This document shows positions 33,721 through 47,826 of a stretch of 64,000 bases of DNA, in pieces; positions within the stretch are counted from its first letter, which is position 1; each line of letters begins with the position of its first letter. The stretch is taken from contig NC_043014.1 in NCBI RefSeq assembly GCF_006345805.1, positions 12,338,001 through 12,402,000 of the forward strand. Reading direction: 5' to 3'. The position numbers and the translations under genes are program-made. The notes under the pieces were generated by a model. The model made no database searches and was not told the DNA's origin. It saw only the letters and a program-made list of their open reading frames with translations. The stretch is from Octopus sinensis (Eukaryota).

Positions 33721-36700
33721 TTGTGTGTCTGTGTTTGTCCCCCTAGCATTGCTTGACAACTGATGCTGGTGTGTTTACGTCCCCGTCACTTAGCGGTTTG
33801 GCAAAAGAGACCGATAGAATAAGTACTGGGCTTACAAAGAATAAGTCCCGGGGTCGATTTGCTCGACTGAAGGTGGTGCTCCAGCATGGCCGCAGTCAAA
33901 TGACTGAGATAAGTACAAGATAGTAAAGCAAATGATAACACTGTGTGACATGTCTTTTGTCCTTGGGCAGCAACTCTTATTTCCTATTTGCTTACCCCTA
34001 GAAAGTATGAAAAATGGCAAATAGTTCCTTCAAACTTTGCTTTTCTTACATTTATTCAAACCGCAAAGAATCCCTCTCAAAACAAGGCTGTGATGCACCC
34101 CAACTACTCCTGCTCATGATCAGAGAAGCACATATTGTCAGCCACTAAAGGACGTACTCAAAGGGTTAAGGGTCAAGCAACTTACAAAACCAATTTGTGG
34201 TACTGAGAAGAATATTTGACAGGCAGAAAATAGGTATAAATCACAAAAATCTGTACCAAATGTAAGCTATCAACATACAAGTGATAATAATGGAGACCCA
34301 GGCAAGCTCACAAAAAAATAAGCTTCATACAATGTGGTTGATGTACTGTAGCAATACATACTAAAAGTACATACACATACAACAGTTAATATCCATTATG
34401 CTGGCATGGGTCAGCTGGTTCTACAGAAGCAGGTCGGCTACAGGTAAGCTCCAATGTCTGCTTCAGTATGGATCAGATGGTTCTACAGAAGCAAGCTGGC
34501 AGGTTACAGGAGGGTGCTAAGCTCCAATGTCTGCTTCAGCATGGTTCCTATGTCCTTCCTAATGCCAACGACTTTACAATGGGTGCTTTTTTTGTGCATT
34601 CATCCCCCCCCCCAACATCTCTAATCACCCTCTCTCTCTCTATCCGCTCAGTTGAAGTCGACTCTCGGTCACTCGTTGGATCAGTGTCCTCCAGTCAGTT
34701 CTATCCTGGGCCACTTCCTTCAGATTGGCTATGTTCATTCCGGTATCACTCTTGATGGTGTCAAGCCAGTGGGTTCTTGGTCAGCCTCTTCCTCTCTTGC
34801 CACTGACCATTCCTAGCATGATGTCCTTCTCCAGGGATTCTCTCCGCATTAATTTTAAATTTATATTAGTAACATTCTTCGTTATCAACATAAATGGATA
34901 ACCTCTTAAAAAAGACATAAGCTCACAAGTGAAGAACCCACCAACTGAGATGAGGTGTGGTATTGAGCAGGGTGGTTTCATGCCAGGTGATGAGAGGTTA
35001 ACCCTTTTGTTCCCAACCTGGCTGAAACTGGCTCTGGCTCTGAGTACAAATGTCTTATTTTCATAAGTTTTGAATTAAAATCTTCCACCAAACCTTAGTC
35101 ACAATTTATGTTTCTAACACTAGCCGAATGAAAACTAAGTTATTTTACAAAATTCTTTGTCATATTTAAAGTAATTGAAAGAAACACACAGCATCTCAAA
35201 ATAAATACAGTAACGAAAGGTTTAGGGTATGATAGGGGAAGAAGAACAGGAGTCTCGCTGTAGGGGAGATACATAGTTACACTTTCAATGAAACAAAAAA
35301 ATGGTAGTAAATTGTAAAAATTAACAAAAAATATTTATAGCTGAAAGAAAAATAAAATCAGATAACTATCAGTTACCGATTCCAGTTGCTTCTTCAATTG
35401 GTGAATTTCCTGTTGATAGCGTTTCAAAATAGCCTTGTTCGACACATCTGTGATTTCATTAATCATTGGTTGATTATTTATGGTTTTGGCTCGACTGGCA
35501 AACTGCAAAGAGAGACAACAAGAAAGTGAAAACCCATTACTCAATCATCATCAACATTTAAGGTCTAGTTATCATGCTGGCGTGTGTTGGACAGCTTGAC
35601 AGGAACTGCACTGGGTTCCATAGCCTGTTTTGGCTTGATTTCCACAGTTGGATGCCCTCCCTAATGCCAACCATTCCACAGATGGATTGGATGCTTTTTA
35701 CATGGCAACATCATCAGTGCTTTTTATGTGGCACCAGTACCAGTGCTTTTTAAGGGGCAACAGTACCAGTGCTTTTCTGTTTGACACCAGCACCAGTGCC
35801 TTTTATGTGGCACCAGCCCTAGTGCTTTCCATGTGCTACAGCACCAGTACTTTTTATGTGGCACTAGCACCCACACCAATGGTTTTTACAAGACACCTCG
35901 GTTTTAAGGTCTCAGTTCCAGCATTTGTGCTGGAAGCTTTCAGAGTGTTTGGGTGTCAATCTAAGGACAGTGCAATCTGGGGACATGTACTGAGAGTGAT
36001 AAAAATGAGACAATTATGTGACCACATAACCTCTAACATCTGCAGACGGCAACCCCCTTGATTATTATGTGTGGGGTGCAGTTGAGCAAAGAGCCCAACA
36101 AAACTCCTTGTTACACCAAAGATGAACTGAAGGGAAAGAATTATGGCAACATTCACCACCTTAAACAAGGAGACCATCCACAATAAATTTACTCTTAACT
36201 ATTTCAGGATATTGAGACATCCGTATTATTTTCATTTTTGCGTAATTCAGAAAACAATTTATTCACCACAGTCAGTATATGTGTATTAATCATCATCATT
36301 TAACATCCACCTTCTATACTGGCATGGGTTGGACAGTTTGACAGGAGCCAGCCTGGTAGAAGACTACCTCAGGTTACTGTGTCTATTTGGGCAGGGTACT
36401 TACGACTGGATATCCTTCCTAACACCAACCACTCTGCAGAGTGTACTGAGTGCCTTTTTGCATGGCACCAGCACATGTAAGGTCAGTTTCGGCATGGTTT
36501 TTAAAACTGGATGCCCTTCAAAATGCCAACCACTTTACAGTGTGGACTAGATGCTTTTTACATGGCACCAGCACTAGCAGGGTCACCAAGTAATTTGCAA
36601 GACAAGGAATTTTGAGAGGAGAGAAGGTACTGGAGGAGGAGATCTTGTGTTAGATAATGAAAGGTTACAGTGTGACAGAGAGACAGAAACAGGTGTCTTG

Positions 36701-37806
36701 TTATAAATGACTAGCAATATCGCCAGGCGTTGCTCGGGTTTGTAAGGGAAATAACTATATAAGCATTTTTAGAGATGTAAAATATAATAGCCATCTCAAT
36801 ATGGCTAACCACAAAGGGGGGGTGTTACTGTAGCTTTTTAATAATACATTTTTAGAGAGTTACTTCCCTTATATATGCCAAAAATGTATTAAAAATGGGG
36901 AAAATTGATGGTAAATTTTTTTTTAAATCGTAGAATCATCATAGATGCGTGCTCGATATGAATCACGACTATAAGATACCCGGTTTTGGTTAAACTGCAC
37001 CGCAAAATGTGAGAGTAGTTAGGAATCTAAATCGTAGGAGACAGACAGCACACAACCTCTCTTTTATATATAAAGATATATATATCATCATCAACTTCCA
37101 TTTTCCATGTTGGCATGGGTTGGATGGTTTGAGAGGAACTGGCCAGCCAGAGAGCTGCCCAGACTCCAATTCTCTGTTTTAACATGGTTTCTACAGCTGG
37201 GTGCTCTTCCTAATGGCAACCACTTTACAGAGTGTGTATCATGTTTTTTTACATGCCACTGGCACGTGTGTATTTATGTAGCACCGACATGAGTGTATAA
37301 AATACTGAATGTAAATAAATACAGAACTGAAGAATGAATAGAAAAGTGATACAGATTAATGTATACAAAGAAGGGAAAAAAACTCAACAACATATTGTAG
37401 ATTCAGTCAAGAAATTAACATTGCTACTTACTCGCAGAGTGGAATGTGTCTCATCAATTGCAGTTGGGTTAATAGTGCAAATAATAGCAGTCTTTGAATT
37501 ACCTCCAAGACCATTCTGAAGTAATCTTGTCAACTTAGAATCTCTGTAGTTAATATGCTGGTGACTGGAAAATAAAACAAGAAAAAATTCACAATTTTAA
37601 ATGCAATGGAACATATAAAATATTGTACACACACTCAAGCATAGGCATGGCTGTGTGGTTAAGAAGTTTCATTCCCAACCACATGGCTTTGGGTTCAGTC
37701 CCATTGCATGACACCCTGAGCAAGTACTTTCAACTATAGCTCAGGGCTAACCAAACTCTTGTGAGTGGATTTAGCATGCAGAAAACAAAAGAAGCTCATT
37801 GTGTGA

Positions 37807-37845
<39 letters not shown>

Positions 37846-40800
37846 AAGAGAGAGAGAGAGATAGATAGATAGATAGATAAATTGACAGATAGATATAATT
37901 AAATTCAATATATATATGTTTAAATTTGTTTGGGCAAAAGCCTTGTAATGAGCTCTTAAAAGCTGCGCTCCTCTATGCCAGCTACCACTTTTAGTTCCAT
38001 CTTCTAAGGTAATCTGATGGTATGGTTATACAGCATGGAATCCCTTTCAGTGTAGGATAATAATAATAAAAATAACAACAACTAGTAGAACACATGGGGT
38101 GTAGAGCCATACGTTGTGATTCATTAATAAAGCTTATGAACTTCCGGCAGACACGTTAGCGCACCGGGCGAAATGCTTAGCGGTATTTTGTCTGTCGTTA
38201 TGTTCTGAGTTCAAATTCCGCCGAGGTCAACTTTGCCTTTCATCCTTTCGGGGTCGATAAATAAAGTACCAGTTTCGCACTGGGGTCGATATAATCAACT
38301 CAATCCCTTCGTCAGTCCTTGTTTGTCTCCTCTGGGCAGTAAAGAAATATATATATATGTATATATATATCATCATCATCATCATCGTTTAGCGTCCATT
38401 TTCCATGCTAGCATGGGTTGGACGGTTCTACTGGGGTCTGTGAAGCCAGAAGGCTTCATCAGGCATATATCAAGTCCTTAAGAATAAAATGTCCAATTTT
38501 CTTATGCACAATGTTTGACAGTCGTTAGCTCTAATGTTTTATCCTGACAATTCTTTGTTTTACAATGCCAGACCAAATTAGAAAGAAAATAGTTCTAACT
38601 CAATTTATTAGGAAATCAATCAATCTAAATGGGATGCAATTCAATTTTGTGCCAGAAAGATGTACTACTGATACTTTTCTGCAAGAAAGGCAACTGTAGG
38701 ATAAGTACTAAGTCAGGAGTGAGCTCCCGCACTTGGAATCTGTTGACCTATAAAAGGACCTGTAACAGGACCAGAGCTCAAGAACACTGGAGGGGTGTCC
38801 GATCTGATCCTGTCACATACAATTTAAGTTGAATAAACGGAGACAAAGTCAGGCGGTCTTCGATAACAGTAAGTGGTGGTTTATTCTGCGGTTACTGGTA
38901 AGAACTAGTGCACATGTATCTCTAGTAGGGAAACCAGCAGCCAAATCCGCAGGACTGGTTGCGATGCTTTCTCGTGCGAGTCAAGACGATTCGTCGGTTC
39001 ACTCCCGCTTCGTTAGGGTGAGGTTCTCTGAGTGTAGGGTTGTTCCCTGAGAGAAAGTGAAGCCACGTCCGACCGCTAGCGCTGCTCATGCCAGAAAGAC
39101 CGATTTAGCGGTCAGGTTTTTAGGTTCCAGTTCCTGCACATGAGGAAAACTTCCGGTGGCCAGCCAGAAGTAATCCAATTCTGCGCATGTGCACTGAAAC
39201 TTACACAGTAGCGTCACTACAGACTTTTCATTTCATTCCACTCTGTGATTTGGTTCCACTGATGAAGCTTGGGGTAGGTCCTCCCGAGGTAAATAATGCA
39301 GCATTTTGTAATTCTAACACAACAACCAAGTCAAGTTGGAGATGAAGATAGCTTTTTGAGATTAATACTGTTTCTGTCACTATAAATTTTATATATATAT
39401 ACTAGATATTTTGACCCGTGCTTCGCTTGGATTTTCATGGTTTGTGTCAACACGCTAATTGAATTTAAACTCAAATCAGCTGATTTGAGTCTGCAAGCTT
39501 AAGCGAAGAAAAAAAATCAATAACCCAAGCAAGCTTGGCCGCGGCCAAGTTGACAAAATAATTACACTTTTACATGTGCAATTAAGATCACAAAAATAAT
39601 TCAAAATTACTTAAAATTTTGTGAAATTTGATACTTTTTTCTAGTATATTTTGACGGTTCATGATGCAAATGAATGCTAACATTTTGGCCTTTAACACAA
39701 TGCCATTTTTACCCATGTCAACCAAATAATGCAAACAGAAAAAATTAAATCTAAAAATAGGGCAAAAATGTACTCTTTTTAAAAGTTGAAAAATTTTACC
39801 CCCTTTTCCAAAATCTCCCAAATTTTTACACCCACAATTAAAGATAACCGCCTCTAGCCCCTGCAGCAACACAAAAAGCCACCATTATTCAAACAGCGCA
39901 ACCTGTCTATCCCATAAAACTCAATTTTTCACATATTCCTCACCATGGCAACCAAATGGTAGTCCTGAGTGACTTGCAACCCTCCTCACACCATTGCCCA
40001 CCCCATTTTACCCCCAGTGTAAATTTTGGCGCCAATCCAACCGCATCTACTGCCCCTTAAACCATTCCCATCACAAAATGAGACAAATAACCAAGGAATC
40101 AAACAACTTTTTCACATTTCAGCTTTATGGATACTGATATATGCATACCCACATACACATACAAACATGTGTGTGTCTGTTTTGTTCTTTAATAGCAGTA
40201 TCGCCCGGCGTTGCTCGGGTTTGTAAGGGAAATAACTATATAAGCATTTTTAGAGAGTTACTTCCCTTATATAAAGAGCAAAAAATGCATTAAAAAAACG
40301 AAAAAGTGGTAAATTTTTTTTAAATCGTAGACGCGCGCTAATACCCAGAAGGGCTCGATATGAATCACGACTATAAGATACCCGCTTTTGGTTAAACTGC
40401 ACCGCAAAATGTGGGAGTAGTTAGGAATCTAAATCGGAGGAGACAGACTCTCACACAACTTCAGTTTTATATATAAAGATATGCCATAACCAAATGGTCT
40501 GACAAAGAGATATTATTAAAATATCAAGCTTAAAAAAGCACTTATATGAATATGATTGACTAAAATGTGGTGGCTCAGTATGGCTGCAATCCAATGACTG
40601 CAACTAGTAAAAGGAACAAAGAATAAAACAGTAGTTAAAAAAAGAAAGCTATTTCTCGTACAAACCTGATACCATCACTAAGTTTGCTGATTACTTGTCC
40701 TAAAACTGAGAGACTTTTATTGATAGCACAACCTTCCCGGAACCGGTCACCAGTATTTTCAGAACATTTTTCAGATCCAGCTAAATCTATGAAATACTGC

Positions 40801-43800
40801 AAAATTGAAAAGTAGTGGAGGGAAGAAAAAAAAACTCAATATTATCCTGTGTTACAAAATGCATTTTAAATGTTCATCATCTATCGTTACAAGTGAAACG
40901 GACAAGTGTTAATCTACATCAAACGAGGTCCCTAATGAGCACATGTTTTACAGTACAAGTCTGCAGAACTAAACATCTAACACTTCATCATCATCATCAT
41001 CTTCGTTTAGCATCCGCTTTCCATGCTAGCATGGGTTGGACGGTTCAACTGGGGTCTGGGAAGCCAGAAGGCTGCACCAGGCCCAGTCTGATCTGGCAAT
41101 GTTTCTATGGCTGGATGCCCTTCCTAACGCCAACCATTCCGTGAGTGTAGTGGGTGCTTTTTACGTGCCAGACAAGGCTGGCAACGGCCACGATCGGATG
41201 GTGCTTTTTAGTGCCACCGGCACGAGGCCAGTCGGGGCGGCGCTGGCAACGGCCACGTTCGGATGGTTCTCTTACGTACCACAGCTGCAATTTCTATTGA
41301 TGTTGATCAATTTCAATTTTCACTTGCCTCAACAGGTCTTCACAAGTAAAATTGTGTCCCAAGAAGGAAAGGTATGCATAAGTGGACTGGCTACACTGTG
41401 TAACAAAATTTTAATGTCTTTTTTTTTTTTTTTGTCTTTGGTAAGTAAGTGTTTTTTCCTATTTGCTCCTATTTAGAAATCAAAGGAAATTCTTGCTATT
41501 CCCTTCAAACTTTGGCTTTTGTGATCTGGACATCAATGTTTTGAAACTAACCTATTTTCCTTTACATCTCAGACAGAGCCAGTGCTGAGATGCTGAAGAA
41601 GAAGTGGATCTTTTCGCCTTGACTGGCAGTTTTTAAAAATAATTTGTAGTGGTGTTATATGAAATTGTCACCCATAATTATGACCCTAGTATCGATCTAT
41701 TGCATTTCAATCTGGGTTAGGGTTAGGGGTGAGGGGAAGGGTATCTTTTTCTTCAGAAATGTAAATAAACCCAATCTGTTTCTTAAATGAGGGACATTGT
41801 CATATGGCAGAAAATATTTTCACCTCAATAGACGTCATTGATTGGTTGAAATTGCAGAAAATATCTTACAAACTACAGAATTTTCTCAAGAAAGCCAAGA
41901 GAAAAAGATGTTTTAAAAACACATTCTACCAGTATACAAAGTTTAAAAGTGTTTAGTTACATGGAAATTATTTTAAAAAACTGCCGGTCAAAGCGAAAAG
42001 ATCCGAAGAAATATCATTATAGCAAATATTCTGCTCAATATCACAGATTTACTTGACCTTAACTACCCTTAGTAGTTGACGATATGCGCATCTCTGATTA
42101 TGAGCAGAAGTAGTGGAGGAACATCACAGCCATGTGTTAAGAGGGATTCTTTGGGGTTTGAATAAATGTAACAAAAGCAAAGTTTCAAAGAAATATTAGC
42201 CATTTTTCATACTCTCAAGGGGTAACTAAACAGGGTTGTTACCCAAGGACAAAAATTGTCTTAGTGTAATTTACAATTCTATCTGCATACACTTAAAAGA
42301 TATTAGATACAAAATTTCACTGGAAAGTTATGTGCCTTCCACAAATCCCAGGATGTTATATAACTATAAATTCCTTAACTATAAACGTGACTAGAATTAA
42401 GGGATTCTTTTGAAAACGAACCAAATGCACTAATAATTCGTCATGTTTTCTATATATCTTACGTGGCCGTTGCCAAGCGCCGCCTCAACTGGCTTCTGTG
42501 TCGGTGGCACATAAAAAAAGCACCATCCAAACGTGGCCGATGCCAGCGCTGCCTCGGCTGGCTTCTGTGCCGGTGGCACATAAATGGCACCATCCAAACG
42601 TGGCCGATGCCAGCGCCGCCTCGACTGGCTTCTGTGCCGGTGGCACATAAAAAGCACCATCTGAACGTGGCCGATGCCAGCTCCGCCTTGGCTGGCTTCC
42701 GTGCAGGTGGCACGTAAAAAGCACCCACTACACTCGCGGAGTGGTTGGTGTTAGGAAGGGCATCCAGCTGTAGAAACACTGCCAGATCAGACTATGGCCT
42801 GGTGCAGCCCCTGGCTTCCCAGACCCCAGTCGAACCGTCCAACTCGTGCTAGCGCGGAAAACAGACGTTAAAAGATTATGATGATGATGATGATATAGAC
42901 ACGCAATGACACAGACATATACAACATATACATATGCGTGTGTGTATATGAGAGTGAGTAAGTTTACAATAGTCCTCACCTCTCCTGAAATTGAAACCAG
43001 TCCATCACAGGGTTAACTTCTCAGCTTTTCCTGGAACTCACAGCTGAGTGGATTGGAGCAAGGTGAAATGAAGTGTTTTTGCCCAAGAACACAACAATTC
43101 CGCCTGGTCAAGGAATCAAAACCACAATCTTTATATTCGTGAGTGTTATATCCTAACCACTAGTAAAAGAGCAGAATTAAAATCTACAGTCTATCATAAA
43201 ATGTTCTTACTGTACCAGGAGGCTACATAGTTATATTCTTTTATCTCCCTCTTTACTGACCCAAAGTTATTAGCTAATCCCTTAATATTTTTGTTCATCC
43301 TCATTGATAATTAGTCACAGGTGTGGATGTGTGGTTAAGAATCTTGCTTCCCAGCCATGTGGTCTTAGGTTCAATCCCACTGTTTAGCACCTTGGGCAGA
43401 AGTTTATTGTTATAGCCTTGGGCTGCACAAAGTCTTGAGAAGATTTGGTAGACGGAAACTGAAAGAAGCCATCTGTATGTGTGTGTGTATGCCTAAACTT
43501 GTCATGACAACATCTGATGGTTGTAAATAAGAATCACCATCATACAAACAATGTCATTTCATTTCTTGTGTCTGGCCATGGGGAAAAAAAATTCTCTTGC
43601 TTGGAAACATGAGCATTGGTGACAGCAAGAGCATCCAGTCATAAAAAAATCTGCCTCAACAAATTCTGACTGATCCATGCCAGCAAGGAAAAGTGGATGT
43701 TAAATAATGATGGTAGTGATGATATTTAACACTGAGGTGATTATTTTTGATGTTGAAAATATTGGTAATAATCGGATCCAACTCTTTTATGACTTAAATA

Positions 43801-46800
43801 CGTGATCACAAACCATAATAAAATGAACTGCTCAACATGAAGGATTAGCTATGTTCATCTCCTAGATATGGCTAGGTTATTCAATCTTTTCTTTCTCAAA
43901 ACTATATCTTCTAGGTTACTTTTCCTTAATATTTTCATGTCATCACTAACCTCTATTTCCCAAGTACTGTATTTTCTGGTCATACAAATTGAATTATCAG
44001 ACCAAGATTTACAGTCAAATACAAAGTGGGTTAACTATATATACCAAGACTATGGAAGACCAAAAATTCCATGTGAAATGCAGCAAGATTTGGAAGGACA
44101 GTGACATCATCATCATCATCATCATTTAGCGTCCGCTTTCCATGCTAGCATGTGTTGGACGGTTCAACTGGGGTCTGGGAAGCCAGAAGGCTGCACCAAG
44201 CCCAGTCTGATCTGGCAATGTTTCTACAGCTGGATGCCCTTCCTAACGCCAACCACTCCGTGAGTGTAGTGGGTGCTTTTTACGTGCCAGACGAGTCTGG
44301 CAAACGGCCACTATCGGATGGTGCTTTTTACGTGCTACTGGCACGGGGGCCAGGCGAGGCTGGCAACGGCCATGAACGGATGGTGCTTTTTACGTGCCAC
44401 CGGCACGAGGCCAGTCGGGGCGGCGCTGGCAACGGCCACGTTCAAATACTGTCACTGTCTTTTCACATCCTGCTATGTAATATGTTGACTTGCATGCTGG
44501 AAAATATGGGAGATACAGTTGGGACAACCTCCTTTTATGTAACTAGACAAAATCTCTTACTGCCTATGGATGAGGGGAAGAAAATTATTAGATGTAAAAC
44601 TAAAATATACTTACCAATAAAGAAAGTCGCACAGATTCATCTCTTAAATCATCATCATCATTATCCTGTCGTTCTTGGCTCTCAATAATCTACAAATATC
44701 AATCAGATTTCATGTATAGGCACAAAGCAAGTTCCTGTAGAAGATGGTATAATTGACTCATAGTCAAGTAAATAATTACTGTATATTACTGGTGACAATC
44801 ATCATCATCATCATCATCATCGTTTAATGTCCGCTTTCCATGCTGGCATGGGTTGGACGATTTGACTGAGGACTGGGGAACCAGATGGCTGCACCAGGCT
44901 CTAATCTGATCTGGCAGAGTTTCTACAGCTGGATGCCCTTCCTAACGCCAACCACGCCGAGAGTGTAGTGGGTGCTTTTATGTGCCACCAGCACAAGTGT
45001 CAGACAGGTGGTACCGGCAACAGCCATGCTCAAATGGTGTTTTTTATGTGCCACCTGCACAGGAGCCAGTCCAGCGGCACTGGCAACAACCTCGCTCGAA
45101 AGTTTTTTTTCACATGCGACCAGCACAAGTGCCAGTAAGGTGACACTGGTAACAATCACACTCGAATGGTGCTTTTTTAAATGCCACTGGCACGGAAGCC
45201 AGTTAGCTGCTCTGGCAACGAACACGCTCAGATGGTGCTCTTAGCACAATATATGTTATAAAGAGGTAAGGCAGTGAGCTGGCAGAATCATTAGCACACC
45301 AGACATTTCGTTTGTCCTTATGTTTCTAGTTCAAATTCTGCCAAGGTCTGTTTTGCTTTTCATTTTTTTGTGGGTCAACAAAATAAGTACCAGTTGAACA
45401 TTTGGATTAATATAATCTCTTTCTTTACTACCCACAAGGGGCTAAACGCAGAGAGGACAAACAATGACAGACAAACAGATTAAGTTGATTATATCGACCC
45501 CAGTACGTAACTAGTACTTATTTAATCGACCCCGAAAAGATGAAAGGCAAAGTCGACCTCGGCGGAATTTGAACTCAGAACGTAGCGGCAGACGAAATAC
45601 CGATAAGCATTTCGCCCGGCGTGCTAACGATTCTGCCAGCTCGCCGCCTTTATTATTTGGATTAATATAATCGACTAGCTCCCATCCCTGGAGTTGCTGG
45701 TCTCATGCCAAAATTTGAAAACAAACTATATTTTATAAAGCAGTTGGTGGTTTGAAACAGCAATATAAATTACCTCTAGAGCCCAAGAGAGGTTATTGAA
45801 AGAGCTGGTGCTTCTAACCCATGGCATAAAGTTGATGTCAGGTGAATTCATTACAGTGTGAATGCCACTAAGGAAATGATGCAGAATGAATAATTAAAAA
45901 AAAAAACTGCTGATTTAACTTACCATACAAAATATTGCATGTGATCTAGAGCTCTCTTCATTTCTGGCTGTTTCAGCCACACGTCTTCTTGCTGGAAGAA
46001 TGAAAAGAACAAGAAGATTTGAGATTTTAGTGGGGTTCCTATAACCCAGCAATATACGGATCAGAATGCTTACACTGATACACTTTTAAATTCAGCTGAG
46101 AGCAATGAAAGACAAAGTTAATCCTTCTAGACTTTTTCTTTTAAGAATATTAATACTAGGCACAGAAATGGCAGTAAGGTCAAAAACTTTGCTCTACAAT
46201 CAGCTAGTTTAAGATCCAGTCCCATTCCATAGCACCTTGGGTGACCAATGCTTTGTCAGTGAGCTAGGTAGACAGAAACTGTGTGGAATCCCATCATATG
46301 TACATGTGTGTGTCTGTGCGCGTGTACTTTTGTATTTGTTCTTATTACTGCTTGATAACCAACGTTGATTTGTTTACATCCTCTTAATTTAGCAGTTTGG
46401 CAAAATAATCCAATAGAATAAATACCAGGCATGAAAATATGTACTGGAGTTGATTTGTCTGACTAAACCTTGGACAAATGCCTTTTACTGTAACCCTGGG
46501 CTAACCAAAGCCTTGTGAGTGAATTTGGTAGATGGAAACTGAAAACCCACCTTTCCATAACTGCAAGGGTTAGACAGTATTTGTCGAGGTGGATATTCTA
46601 TGGCCAGACACCCTTCGTGTTGCTAACCCTCATCTGTTTCCAAGCAATATTTCCCTTTGACCAGACATGTTTTCAGAGAAGATTGGGAACAAAGGATACC
46701 ACATGCACAACATTTTGAAGCAAAGAGACAGTAGCACATGCATACATAAAAACATACATATATACAACAGGCTTTTTACAGTTTCTATCAACCAAATCCG

Positions 46801-47793
46801 CTCGGAAGGCTTTCATTGGCCCAGTGCTATAGTAGTTGGAACTGAACCAGAAACCATGTGTATGGAAACAAATTTTTGACCACTGCCACAACTGCTATAG
46901 AATAAAGATTGAAACAGATCAAAACCAGCCAATTCTTGCTGGTGTTGCTCTAAGACTACAAGCCTGTCTTGCCAGAGCAGAATTCTGATAAAAAATAATG
47001 CCAACCCTGATCTTCCCATCTTTTCCTTTATCAGGTATAAATTTTCTAGGAGTAAACCTTAACCCTGAACCATGTTTTAACCCTTTAGTTTTCACATTAT
47101 TCTGCCAAAACTAATGCTTTTTTATCCACAATGTTTTGAACTAATCATGCATTATCTTGTAGCTATGAGATTTTGATGAGGTAGCTGTTAATTTTTAAGA
47201 TGATATTGTAGGGTTGGTGTGAGAGACCAGATCTGGCCAGTTTGAACATAAAACAAGCAGAATACTTTTGGGCGGATATGGCCGGTTTAAATGCTAAAGG
47301 GTTAAGAGAGATTTAACTACTATTTCTAGAAGGTTAGACAAGACAGAGGTTCCTTTACTGGTTCAAAACCAGCACTAGGAATAGAAATATACTTACAATC
47401 TCCTTTCTTCTTAATGGCTAACATATCATCTATGTTTTGAAAGACCATTTCCTTCAGCCCACTCACATGAACCACTCGATTCTGGGAACAATGGAGAAAG
47501 AACAAATTAGCTTGCTCCAAGAAACTTTTCTTCATGGAAATATCATATTTGACAGCATAGATGAAGGGAGGAGGAGGGGAAGAAGAAAAGGAAGGCAAAG
47601 AAGAAGAAAGCAAAGAGGCGGGGGAGGCGGGGGAGGAGGAAGAAGAGGAAGAAGAAAAAGTGGAAGAAAAAGAAGAGGAAGAAGAAGAAAAAGAAGAGGA
47701 AGAAGAAGAAAAAGAAGAGGAAGAAGAAAAAGGAGAGGAAGAAGAAGAAAAAGAAGAGGAAGAAGAAAAAGAGGAGGAAGAAGAAGAAAAAGA

Positions 47794-47826
<33 letters not shown>

